In this document: positions 9,025 through 17,838 of the stretch, in pieces
Position numbering within the stretch: the stretch's first letter is position 1
Layout of the letters: each line of letters begins with the position of its first letter
Assembly (NCBI GenBank): GCA_965219455.1
Contig: OZ244744.1
Location: 5,088,001-5,152,000, forward strand
DNA length: 64,000 nucleotides
Reading direction: 5' to 3'
Origin: Candidatus Latescibacterota bacterium
GTDB lineage: Bacteria > Latescibacterota > UBA2968 > GCA-2709665
Notes under the pieces: generated by a model
Databases searched by the model: none
The model's input: the letters and a program-made list of their open reading frames with translations, nothing else
What the model was told of the DNA's origin: nothing
Position numbers and translations under genes: made by a program

Positions 9025-10182
9025 GTGGCCATCATTGTAGATAGCGGAAGGCGCATTCCGTTCCTGAGAGGAATGCTCACGCACTATCTGCTGGAGCAGG
9101 GATTCTCCTTCCGGGAGGCATACCAGGTCGCAGACCGGGTCAGAAGTTCCATCCAGAAGCAGAAAAAGGTACCCGCTGGCAAGATGATCGATCTGGTACA
9201 TACCCACGCGCGTGAGCTTTTCGCCGACCGTCCGGTGGGAGACGGTGTTTTCTGGGCGCCCAGGTCCCGGCAGATACTCGTCGAAGACGACCTGGGAACC
9301 CGCCCTTTTTCAAAGGACCATCTCTCCGACTCCCTGGCGATAACCGGCGTTGACGAAAGCCAGGCCTATCGTATCGCCGAGCGAATCGAGGGCGATTTCA
9401 TCCGGAACGACCGCACGGTCGTTACCCGTGACGACATCCTGCAAGCGACGTTGAACATACTTCGAAAAGATTCCGGCGATGTGTTTGCCGAACGGTACGG
9501 CATCTGGAACCAGTTTCGCAAAGGCGGGCAGACAACACCCCTGATCGTCCTGATCGGCGGGGGAACGGGCGTCGGCAAGACAACGGTAGGCGTGGCGCTC
9601 GCCAATCTTCTGCGGGTGTCGCGGGTGGCGTCCACCGACGGGATCCGGCAGGTTATGCGGTTGATGATCGCGTCGGACCTCATGCCCGCATTGCAGGTCT
9701 CATCTTATGCGGCCTGGGAGGTGATCCCCGTACCGACCGTCGAGGCGCCCGATCCCGTGGTCTACGGTTTTCGCGAGCAGGCGGCCCGGGTCTGTGTCGG
9801 CGTACGGGCAACCATTGAACGGGCGATTGACGAAAACGTCAGCCTGATCGTGGACGGTGTTCACCTGATGCCCGACCTGCTCGAACTGGAAGTGTATGCC
9901 AAAAATGCGCTTTTTATCCATTTGAATCTATATCTTACTGATCTGCAGCAATTTGCGGATCGTTTTGAAAGTCGGGGAAAAGGCGCCGCGGGTCGAACGC
10001 GGCATCGGTATATCAAATATCTGGACCAGATAATGAAGATCCAGCAGCATATTCTGGACGTCGGCGATGGCGCCGAGGTACCGGCATTTGAGAACTCGGA
10101 TCTGGATGAGACCGTACAGTCGATTTCGCTACTCATCATGGATACACTGCGGAAGGTTCCGAAAGGCGGGGAAGGCAGGTAG
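9025..10182 (+). CDS. 2-phosphoglycerate kinase-like P-loop kinase with two ATP-cone-like N-terminal segments
   Basis: IPFLRGML and RPFSKDHL cone-like starts; LIGGGTGVGKTT, STDGIRQVMR, IERAIDENVSLIVDGVHL. Confidence 0.8.
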   Translation: MAIIVDSGRRIPFLRGMLTHYLLEQGFSFREAYQVADRVRSSIQKQKKVPAGKMIDLVHTHARELFADRPVGDGVFWAPRSRQILVEDDLGTRPFSKDHLSDSLAITGVDESQAYRIAERIEGDFIRNDRTVVTRDDILQATLNILRKDSGDVFAERYGIWNQFRKGGQTTPLIVLIGGGTGVGKTTVGVALANLLRVSRVASTDGIRQVMRLMIASDLMPALQVSSYAAWEVIPVPTVEAPDPVVYGFREQAARVCVGVRATIERAIDENVSLIVDGVHLMPDLLELEVYAKNALFIHLNLYLTDLQQFADRFESRGKGAAGRTRHRYIKYLDQIMKIQQHILDVGDGAEVPAFENSDLDETVQSISLLIMDTLRKVPKGGEGR

Positions 10183-10249
10183 AAATCCGGGAAACGGGTT
10201 TTCGAGACAGAGATATGGATGTAATTCTCTTTAATGTGGAGCGAGGGAA

Positions 10250-11071
10250 ATGATCGACACACATGTTCATCTGGGGCAACTCCTGTTTGACAACCCGGGA
10301 TTGACACCCTCCAAACTGCTTCGGTGGATGGATCGGCACGGGATCGAAAAGGCGGTGGTGATGGCGGTGGAGGTGCCGGAAGAGCTGGATTTCTTTGTGA
10401 CAACAAAGGAATTGCTGAGAATGACGCGTCCCCATCGCGACCGATTGAAGCCTCTATGCGCCGTGGATCCCCGTCATCGCTATCCGGGGCGGTTTGAGCC
10501 GTACCCGATCATCGCGAGTTACATGGATCAGGGCTGTGTCGGATACGGAGAGAATCTGTGCGGATTGCCCGTGGACGATCCGATGCAGCAACGGGTCTAC
10601 GAGGCGTGCGACCGGTTGAATATTGCCATTGTTATGCATTTCGATTCTTGGATTAATCGGGATAAACCAGGGCTCACCGGGTTTGAACGAATGCTGAAGA
10701 CCTACCGAAACGTAGAGTTCATCGGGCATTCACCCCATTTCTGGCGCGAGATATCAGGAAACGTGGACGCAGGGGCGGGGTATCCCGGTGGAAAGGTGGC
10801 GCCAGGCGGCAGGGTTGAAGCGCTGTTTCGAATGTACCCGAATCTGTTCGCGGACCTTTCCGCTGGATCCGGGTACGGGGCCATTACGCGGGACCCGGAA
10901 TTCGGGCTGAAATTCCTGAAGCGATGGAAACACCGATTGATGTTCGCTACCGACTATCTGCGCGTGGGACAGGAAACGCCAATTATCGACTACATCAGAA
11001 ATGCGCCGCTCTCGAAAGATGCGTTCGAACGAATTACGCGGAAAAATGCCGAGAAATTATTCCGGCTCTAA
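10250..11071 (+). CDS. Amidohydrolase family protein (Amidohydro_2), paralog 1
   Basis: MIDTHVH, GYGE, VMH, IGH, ADLSA and LMFATD motifs. Confidence 0.9.
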   Translation: MIDTHVHLGQLLFDNPGLTPSKLLRWMDRHGIEKAVVMAVEVPEELDFFVTTKELLRMTRPHRDRLKPLCAVDPRHRYPGRFEPYPIIASYMDQGCVGYGENLCGLPVDDPMQQRVYEACDRLNIAIVMHFDSWINRDKPGLTGFERMLKTYRNVEFIGHSPHFWREISGNVDAGAGYPGGKVAPGGRVEALFRMYPNLFADLSAGSGYGAITRDPEFGLKFLKRWKHRLMFATDYLRVGQETPIIDYIRNAPLSKDAFERITRKNAEKLFRL

Positions 11072-11133
11072 CGGGTTTGCGATGGCCTGAAAGTGTCACT
11101 TATTTGTGGAGACGGGATACCAGGGAGTCGACA

Positions 11134-11982
11134 ATGATTGATACCCATTTACATCTCGGACAGCTTGTGAGGGAGGATCCCGGCCTGACCCCCGCCAGAC
11201 TGTTGCGCTGGATGGACCGTCACGGGATCGAGAAGGGGATCGTGATGGCGGTGGAAGTGCCCGAGGAGCTTGACTTTTACATGACGACGAAAGAGTTGTT
11301 GAGGTTGACTCGATCGCACCGGGACCGGTTGCTGCCGCTGTGCGCCGTGGATCCGAGGCATCGATACCCCGGCAGATTCAATCCCTACCCGATCATCGAG
11401 CATTATATGGATCGGGGATGCGTGGGATATGGGGAGAATCTGTGCGGCCTCCCGGTGGACGATCCGATGCAGCAGCGCGTCTATGAGGCCTGCGACCGGC
11501 TGGGTCTGGCGGTTGTTATGCATATTGACCACTGGATCAACCGGGACGACACCGGATTGCCCGGTTTTGAGCGGATGGTGAAGACGTACCGGAATGTGAA
11601 TTGGGTGGGCCACGCGCAATATTTCTGGCGGGAGATCTCAGGGGAGATCAGGCCGGGCGAGCGCTATCCGCAGGGACCGGTGGCGCCTGGCGGACGTCTG
11701 GACGCATTGTTTCGGAAACATTCGAACCTGTACGCGGACCTTTCGGCGCAGTCGGGTTATGGGGCCATAACGCGGGATCCGGCATTCGGACTGAAGTTCC
11801 TGAAGCGCTGGAAGCATCGGTTGATGTTCGCTACAGATACCATCCACACGCGGCCGATGCCCGCATGTTCGATCGTTGGCACCCCGCCCCTGCTGGACTA
11901 TATCCGGAAAGCCGATCTGTCCAAAGATGCCCACGAACGCATAACGGCGAAAAACGCGGAATCGGTGTTCCGGATATCGTGA
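11134..11982 (+). CDS. Amidohydrolase family protein (Amidohydro_2), paralog 2
   Basis: MIDTHLH...LMFATD; long stretches identical to paralog 1; RBS GGGAG. Confidence 0.9.
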   Translation: MIDTHLHLGQLVREDPGLTPARLLRWMDRHGIEKGIVMAVEVPEELDFYMTTKELLRLTRSHRDRLLPLCAVDPRHRYPGRFNPYPIIEHYMDRGCVGYGENLCGLPVDDPMQQRVYEACDRLGLAVVMHIDHWINRDDTGLPGFERMVKTYRNVNWVGHAQYFWREISGEIRPGERYPQGPVAPGGRLDALFRKHSNLYADLSAQSGYGAITRDPAFGLKFLKRWKHRLMFATDTIHTRPMPACSIVGTPPLLDYIRKADLSKDAHERITAKNAESVFRIS

Positions 11983-12099
11983 ATCCACCTCGCCTCCTGC
12001 GATTGGAATCCGCATGCGTACGTAGGCCCCGGCTCTAACGCGCGTATCCGATCTCCTCGTCCGAATCCGCTTTTCAATGACCCAACGTGATGGAGAAGG

Positions 12100-12489
12100 A
12101 TGGAAATGGATTTTCCCCGGATGTTTCCGTTGCGGCAGACGTTTGCCGCGGAGAGTCTGGCGGATCCTGTCGGGCAGACACGCCGGTGTGTCATGAACTC
12201 ATCGCTGGGCGAACGCATTTCCGGGGGTGAACGGGTCGCGATAACAGCCGGCAGCAGGGGTATTCACCGGATCGCGCAGTTGACCCGGACGATCGTGGAC
12301 TGCGTCCGGGAACTGGGGGGCAGTCCATTCATTCTGGCGTCAATGGGCAGTCACGGCGGGGCTACGGCCGACGGGCAGAAGGCGATTCTGACCTCATATG
12401 AGATTGACGAATCGGCGATGGGAGCGCCGGTCGACATGCACTTCGACGGAGAAGGCAATCTATCCGCGTCCGGATCGCGATCCGGATAA
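12100..12489 (+). pseudogene. Lactate racemase (LarA N-terminal/DUF362-like) family remnant with large internal deletion
   Basis: VAITAGSRGI and MGSHGGATADGQ are N-terminal family motifs. They are fused directly to an apparent terminal motif, MHFDGEGNL; total length only 129 aa. Confidence 0.7.
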
Positions 12490-12568
12490 TGGCCGAAGGC
12501 TTATAATCACTTCCGTGCGTATTGAGTGTCCCTCATCGGAGCGAGGGAGTCAGACCGAGTCGCAGGAC

Positions 12569-13519
12569 TCACAGCACCCCGGTTTTCCTTAACAGGTTTC
12601 GAACCCTGGAGCGGTCTTCCGCCGAGAGAACATCGCCGGACGGGGCTCCGGTCACTTGCGCTTGCGGCGTGTCCCTCATGGGCCCGCCGGCAAGCCCCAT
12701 CATTTCCAGCCCGGCCTTGAGCATGGGCGTTCCGAGTTCGCCCCTCAAGGAAGCCAGCGGCTCGAAATAGTCGCGCAGTTCCATTGCTGTTTTCCATCGC
12801 CGCCGAATACCGGCGTTGTGCATGCTGATGGACATGGGCAGGGTGAGGTTGGCCATTCCCGTTGTGAAACCCCTGGCGCCCGCGAGATAGTAGTAGGGCG
12901 CCATATTTTCGCCACCCCCGGTGATGATGGGTACGCTGTGTCCCACGGCCCTGCAACCGGTGCGCACCCAGTCGACGGCATTGCTTTCCTCCTTTATGGC
13001 GACGACGTTCTCGAGTCTTGAAAACCGCTTCACAAGATCTATTGAAAGAAGCTGCCGGGGTGCCCGGAAGGGGATAATTCCGATATCCACGGATTGCCCG
13101 ATTGCACGATGATGTCGCCAGATCGCCCCCTCCCCACGGGCGACGACCGGGTCGTGCGGCATCACGAGCAGGGCGTCGCAGCCGACGTCCTGGGCGTTTT
13201 CTGCCATCTTCACGGCTTTTTTTGCGCTCCAGCCGACACCGCATACAATCTTGCACTTCCCCTGGGCACCCGCAACCGCGGCGGCGGACAGATCTCTGAC
13301 TTCGGATGTCGACAAGGCGTAGAATTCACCCGATCCGCCGCAGATCACGAGGGTTTTCCGGCCATTGATCCCCGCAAAATAACGCGCGTTTTTCTCCATG
13401 CCCGCCGTATCGATCCGGTATCTGCCCTGCCGATTCAGGGCGGTCTTCATGGGTGTCATCACAAAGACGTATACCCCACGCGCGTTCATTGATTCTCGAA
13501 GTTTGCCGCAGTCGCTCAT
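12569..13519 (-). CDS. Dihydrodipicolinate synthase family class I aldolase/dehydratase
   Basis: GGSGEFYALS, NVVAIKEE (Schiff-base Lys), LKAGLEMMG; RBS GGAGG. Confidence 0.88.
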   Translation of the reverse strand: MSDCGKLRESMNARGVYVFVMTPMKTALNRQGRYRIDTAGMEKNARYFAGINGRKTLVICGGSGEFYALSTSEVRDLSAAAVAGAQGKCKIVCGVGWSAKKAVKMAENAQDVGCDALLVMPHDPVVARGEGAIWRHHRAIGQSVDIGIIPFRAPRQLLSIDLVKRFSRLENVVAIKEESNAVDWVRTGCRAVGHSVPIITGGGENMAPYYYLAGARGFTTGMANLTLPMSISMHNAGIRRRWKTAMELRDYFEPLASLRGELGTPMLKAGLEMMGLAGGPMRDTPQAQVTGAPSGDVLSAEDRSRVRNLLRKTGVL

Positions 13520-13601
13520 GATGGACGTCCTCCGCGGGATGAATCGGCGCCTCACGCACGCAGACAGGCGGAAGAATGGTGACACATTTCAGGAAAGGAC
13601 A

Positions 13602-14369
13602 CTAGGTTCTGTGGGTGTCGAATGCCGCCGCGATGTTCTGCATGCCAGCCGCGACAAGACCACCGTCGGATCCAAGCGCAACAAAGGTAAACCCATCCCT
13701 TACCGTGGAATCGACATGATTGGGATCCAGCAGCAGGATTCCCGCGGCTTTGCCCGCCCGCCTCGCGGCTTCCGAGACCCTGGCCCTGGCATCCAGAAAC
13801 CTGGGATGGTCGAATTGCTGCGGAATACCCAGGTTGACGCTGAGATCGAGGGGGCCGATAAACAGAACGTCCACACCGTCTACCGAGGCGATATCGTCAA
13901 TGCAGTTCACGGCTTCCGGGGTTTCGATCTGTACGACGGTGAGCAGGAGGTCGTGGGACGTTTCGAAATATTCATCGAAATCCCGGCCGAACTCGCTGCC
14001 CCGGTTCAACTTGGCAACACCCCGAATACCCCGGGGGGGATAACGGATCGAGGCCACCGCCTGCTCGGCTTCGGCCATTGTGCTCACGTAGGGTACCATG
14101 ACTCCCGATGCGCCCATATCCAGCACGCGTTTGAAGCGGGGGGGTTCATTGGCCGCAATACGGACAATGGGCACCGCCTGTGTACCGGAAACGACCTGAA
14201 GCTGGATTCGCAGTGTCTCCAGGTCTGACGCGCCGTGTTCGATGTCGATCAGAACCCAATCGAGACCGCTTTTACCGGCGATTTCGGCCGTGACAGCGGA
14301 ACCCAGGTTCAAAAACGTTCCTGCCACAAATTCCCGGTCCAGCGCGCGGCGTCGGATACTCTTTACCAT
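13602..14369 (-). CDS. HpcH/HpaI family aldolase
   Basis: DWVLIDIEHG, KRVLDMGA, RYPPRGIRG, VQIET, LFIGPLDLS. Confidence 0.92.
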   Translation of the reverse strand: MVKSIRRRALDREFVAGTFLNLGSAVTAEIAGKSGLDWVLIDIEHGASDLETLRIQLQVVSGTQAVPIVRIAANEPPRFKRVLDMGASGVMVPYVSTMAEAEQAVASIRYPPRGIRGVAKLNRGSEFGRDFDEYFETSHDLLLTVVQIETPEAVNCIDDIASVDGVDVLFIGPLDLSVNLGIPQQFDHPRFLDARARVSEAARRAGKAAGILLLDPNHVDSTVRDGFTFVALGSDGGLVAAGMQNIAAAFDTHRT

Positions 14370-14516
14370 GGCGAAGCCTTTCTGCATTGCGGAAGGGATG
14401 CGTCGGGCGCAGCCGGGGTCGGGTCGGTCGGCTCGGGAATCCGCGAGGCCCGCGCGGTCAAGGGCCCTCGGGTTGAAATCCGGATCCGTGGAACAACCCT
14501 CAGCGCATACCGGCGA

Positions 14517-14765
14517 CTATGTATCGTCGTCGCAGTCGGGGCGGCGCGGGTCCTCAATAACGATACCGTTCCGGAGGTATTCGAGCGCCTTTGTATAACT
14601 TCTGTTTTGCAGGAAGTGATTCAACTGTGGGGACGTGACGGGGGCAAGTTTCTTTTGGAGTCTGGACAAATGAAGCAGGTGGTCCGTGATCGGTTCCCTT
14701 TTTTCGATGCTATCCATCAGGTTTTCCAGGGCGTTTTGTAGCGGTGCGGCCTGTTCCGACGTCAC
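14517..14765 (-). CDS. Small hypothetical protein
   Basis: RBS AAGGAGG with GTG start; helical LNHFLQNRSYTKALEYL segment. Confidence 0.65.
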   Translation of the reverse strand: MTSEQAAPLQNALENLMDSIEKREPITDHLLHLSRLQKKLAPVTSPQLNHFLQNRSYTKALEYLRNGIVIEDPRRPDCDDDT

Positions 14766-14860
14766 GACAACCTCCTTTGCTTTCCTGGTTGCGGTCAGTG
14801 TGTCCGGAGTGCCCACCGCGTAAACGTCGCCGGGCAGGCGGCGGCGGTTCACGTTTTTGC

Positions 14861-15655
14861 CTATTTGAAATAGGCCCCGGGCGTGCGTTCAACTTCAGCA
14901 ACAAGGGTATCGACGTACGACCTTATCGAGAAGAGCCGGCCTTCGGCATCGCCCACCCGTCCCCGGCTGAGCTTGCCGTTCTCTTCCCAGAACGCGCCCA
15001 GTGCAGTCCGGTTGATCCAGGCATATCTGGCGCGTGGATCGCTTTCGATGCGCCGGTGCCAGCAGAGGACTTCAACGAGGTGAATGTACGTTGAAGACTC
15101 GTAGGTCACGCCCAGCATCACAAGTTTGGCGTCCGACTCATATGCTCTGACCATCGGTGAGTTGTCTCCGTAGGTTTTTCCCCACGGATCGAGGTCCCAG
15201 GGTGAAGAACGCCCTTTTCCGTCGCGATGGCTGTCAACAAACGCCCCGGCGTCTCTGCCTCGGGCGGCGACGGAATGGGAATAGTGGTCGGAGCGATACG
15301 TGTCAGGCATGGTGCGAAAAAACTCGGTGAGCCAACCCACCGTGGACGGGGTTGTTTCCGGGTCCCACGTCTGGGCGCGCAACCGGGTATTGTCCAGGAG
15401 GTTGAACGAGGGCATCAGGATGAGTCCATCCGGATTCGCGGCTTCCTCCAGGGCCCGGACAACCGCGGAAGCACCGCCTTCGACCTGGCCGAGGCTTCTG
15501 AACGAAGAGTGTATGAAAAGGGTATCGCCTGAATCGATACCTAGGTTTCTCAGGTCCCGGCTCAGTGTACCGACCGTGTGCGACCGCAACACGAGATCTT
15601 TCCCTGCGGATGTCAATTCGCCGATTGTTCCCTTGATTATGCAAAATTCTCCCAT
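14861..15655 (-). CDS. AAC(3)/YokD family N-acetyltransferase
   Basis: LGIDSGDTLFIHSS, ILMPSF, RSDHYSHSVAARG, LGVTYESSTYIH. The start codon is uncertain. Confidence 0.88.
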   Translation of the reverse strand: MGEFCIIKGTIGELTSAGKDLVLRSHTVGTLSRDLRNLGIDSGDTLFIHSSFRSLGQVEGGASAVVRALEEAANPDGLILMPSFNLLDNTRLRAQTWDPETTPSTVGWLTEFFRTMPDTYRSDHYSHSVAARGRDAGAFVDSHRDGKGRSSPWDLDPWGKTYGDNSPMVRAYESDAKLVMLGVTYESSTYIHLVEVLCWHRRIESDPRARYAWINRTALGAFWEENGKLSRGRVGDAEGRLFSIRSYVDTLVAEVERTPGAYFK

Positions 15656-15695
15656 GACACGCCGTTCAGGGAGAATTTTGGGATCGAGAACCGGT

Positions 15696-16241
15696 TCAGG
15701 TACGCGTTTCCGCCGGGAACACGGCGGTCTGTACAATTTTGTCGTGCAGCGCCTGTCTGGCGGCGCCAAGGGCGAGGAAGCATCCGATAACGACGATGAC
15801 GCCACCCGCCAAACCGACCACCGTCAGCAGCTGGCTCCCTGTCAGCGCAACAAGGAACGTCGCAACAACCTTGACCTGCTTTACAACCATGCGCAGGATA
15901 AGCGTACCAGTGGCCGCCACCGCGCCGTTTGCGTCTCGGATCTGCATCTTGAGAATCATCTTGCCGGGTGAAGCGCCGGTGAGACCCTCGATCAGACAGT
16001 AGAGGAGTTGAAGAGTGGATACGACCACGCCCACACCCGCCATCAGGCGGGTCAGATCGGAAAGATGGTGCAGGCTCGATCGATCCGAGGTTCCTTTCTC
16101 TCCGGTGATATATTCTGAGATGGACGTCAGGATCCAGATGATGATGAGGTCGATCGCAAATGCCCCGAGCCGTCTGCTGAATCCGATTCTACCGGCTGTG
16201 GCGTCAACCGGGTGGATCTCCGCGGAATAGTCGTCTGCCAT
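15696..16241 (-). CDS. RDD family membrane protein
   Basis: RRLGAFAID, GASPGK, RQALHDKI. Confidence 0.9.
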   Translation of the reverse strand: MADDYSAEIHPVDATAGRIGFSRRLGAFAIDLIIIWILTSISEYITGEKGTSDRSSLHHLSDLTRLMAGVGVVVSTLQLLYCLIEGLTGASPGKMILKMQIRDANGAVAATGTLILRMVVKQVKVVATFLVALTGSQLLTVVGLAGGVIVVIGCFLALGAARQALHDKIVQTAVFPAETRT

Positions 16242-16292
16242 GGGCGTTTCCCTTCCTGCTCTGCCGCGAGTTTCGAATCGGGGTTATCGCTG

Positions 16293-16321
16293 AAGCTAAG
16301 GTCAAGCAAGCGCATTGTCAA
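16293..16321 (-). promoter_or_regulatory. Sigma70-type promoter of the RDD gene
   Basis: TTGACA-N17-TAGCTT on the minus strand. Confidence 0.55.
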
Positions 16322-16377
16322 CAAGAAAGTAGATGAACCCGGGTCGGTTGGCCGATGGCGTCGGGGGGACGTCAGGG

Positions 16378-16410
16378 AAAAAAAAAACCGGCTATTCGCC
16401 GAAAATCCGG
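16378..16410 (-). terminator. Intrinsic terminator downstream of the speD-speE fusion
   Basis: Imperfect hairpin ccgg...ccgg followed by a T10 run on the minus strand. Confidence 0.6.
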
Positions 16411-16438
16411 ATGCAGCTCCCGCGAGACGACGTGAAGC

Positions 16439-17746
16439 TCACCCGTGGATCTCTCGGCGTTTGGAACACTCCGGCGATGGTGTTTCGTCTCGCAGAAGAC
16501 GTCTGATAAAGGTGGGGAGGACAAAAGCAGCTTTGTGAATTTCGTCGTTGTAGTATTGCAGGCCGTGTGCTTCCGAGAATTGGCGGGCGTTCATCGGGTC
16601 GAGGGCGTTCAGCGGATCCACGCACCCCTTTGCGGCATAGGAAAAGCTGAGCAACCCGGTCGTATTCGTGGGGATGCAGGCGAGGTAGCAGTGTACGTTT
16701 GCCAGGCCGAAGACCGACTCCTGGCGCCTGTATATTGTCGCGAAGGTCCGGCTGTTGAGCGTGGGTGGTTCGGTTTGCGCTACCATGACGCCCGCGGGAC
16801 AGAGGCTCTCCAGAACGCGCCGGTAGAATGGTTCCGAGAAAAGGTGCCCGGACCGGCCGGAGGGATTTGCGACGTCGACGATAACGAGATCGAAGGATTC
16901 GGCGGGACAGGTTTGCAGGAAGGCGAAACCGTCGTCAATCTGAAGCGAGAGTCTGGGATCGTCGAAAGCCGGCGCAAGGGCCGGGAAGTACTGCCTGCAG
17001 GCTTTGACAACCGTGGCGTCGAGTTCAACGACGACAACCTGCTCGATCCGCTCGTAACGCATCAATTCCCGGACGGCCCCGCCGTCGCCGCCCCCGATGA
17101 CCAGGGCCCGCTTCGCATCGGGGCGGGTTTGCATGGGTACGTGGACGATCATCTCATGGTAGATGTACTCGTCTTGTTCCGTGCAGGTAACGGCCCCGTC
17201 GATCACCAGCATCTTACCGTATCCGTAGGTGTCGAGGACTTCGATCTTCTGATGGGGCGACTGCTGCTGAAAAAGCGCGCCGGCGTGTCTGAGCGAGAGG
17301 GCGATCTGTTCTTCCCTCCTGGTAAACCAGAGATTGCGGATGTGTACGGAAGGCGCTTCCGAGGCTGCCTGCGCCGGCATTGCGGCGGACTGAGCCTGGG
17401 CGTTGAGGTGTCCGCGGTCAATTTCGCGGGTTGTGCCGTGAGTGGCCTTCAGGTCCGACTTCAGAACTTCGTACGCCGTCCACGGGTTGATCGTGTCGCC
17501 GCAGGTGAACAGGTCGACGGCGGCGAAACCATGCTCGGGCCAGGTGTGGATGGACAGGTGGCTCTCGTGGATGACAACGACGCCGGAGACGCCGTAGGGC
17601 GAGAAACGGTGGAAGGAGGTGTTGATAACTGTGGCGTTCGCCGCGCGAGCCGCGCGAACCATGCACGCTTCAATGCGGATGACGTCGTCCAGTACGGATG
17701 CGGGAGACCCGTAAAGCTCCACCAGAATGTGTCTCCCAAGCGGCAC
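16439..17746 (-). CDS. speD-speE: Fused S-adenosylmethionine decarboxylase (class 1b) and spermidine synthase
   Basis: N-terminal [30 protein letters not shown] (ES autocleavage site). C-terminal [40 protein letters not shown]. Confidence 0.93.
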   Translation of the reverse strand: MPLGRHILVELYGSPASVLDDVIRIEACMVRAARAANATVINTSFHRFSPYGVSGVVVIHESHLSIHTWPEHGFAAVDLFTCGDTINPWTAYEVLKSDLKATHGTTREIDRGHLNAQAQSAAMPAQAASEAPSVHIRNLWFTRREEQIALSLRHAGALFQQQSPHQKIEVLDTYGYGKMLVIDGAVTCTEQDEYIYHEMIVHVPMQTRPDAKRALVIGGGDGGAVRELMRYERIEQVVVVELDATVVKACRQYFPALAPAFDDPRLSLQIDDGFAFLQTCPAESFDLVIVDVANPSGRSGHLFSEPFYRRVLESLCPAGVMVAQTEPPTLNSRTFATIYRRQESVFGLANVHCYLACIPTNTTGLLSFSYAAKGCVDPLNALDPMNARQFSEAHGLQYYNDEIHKAAFVLPTFIRRLLRDETPSPECSKRREIHG

Positions 17747-17838
17747 TGTTTACGGCCTCCGCTGTACGTGCGTGCATCTTCGCGCCGGGCGAGGGGCTGC
17801 GGGGGACGCCGGGGGAGAGTAGAGGGGGCGGGTTCGCA

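Noticed and set aside
10924-11133. N-terminal extensions of ORF-track calls (also at 44894-46327, 47913-49178, 60636, 25525-26487)
   Set aside because: They overlap neighbouring genes or repeats. Downstream starts match family N-termini and mostly have an RBS.
12569-14369. DapA-like gene as lysine-pathway dapA, or a defined sugar-acid pathway with the HpcH aldolase
   Set aside because: The motif is GGSGE rather than GTTGE and no dap genes are adjacent. The substrate cannot be assigned from sequence alone.
16422-16493. Inverted repeat gcgagacga/tcgtctcgc overlapping the speE 3' end as another MITE
   Set aside because: Only 9 bp, no second copy found, and compatible with chance in GC-rich DNA.
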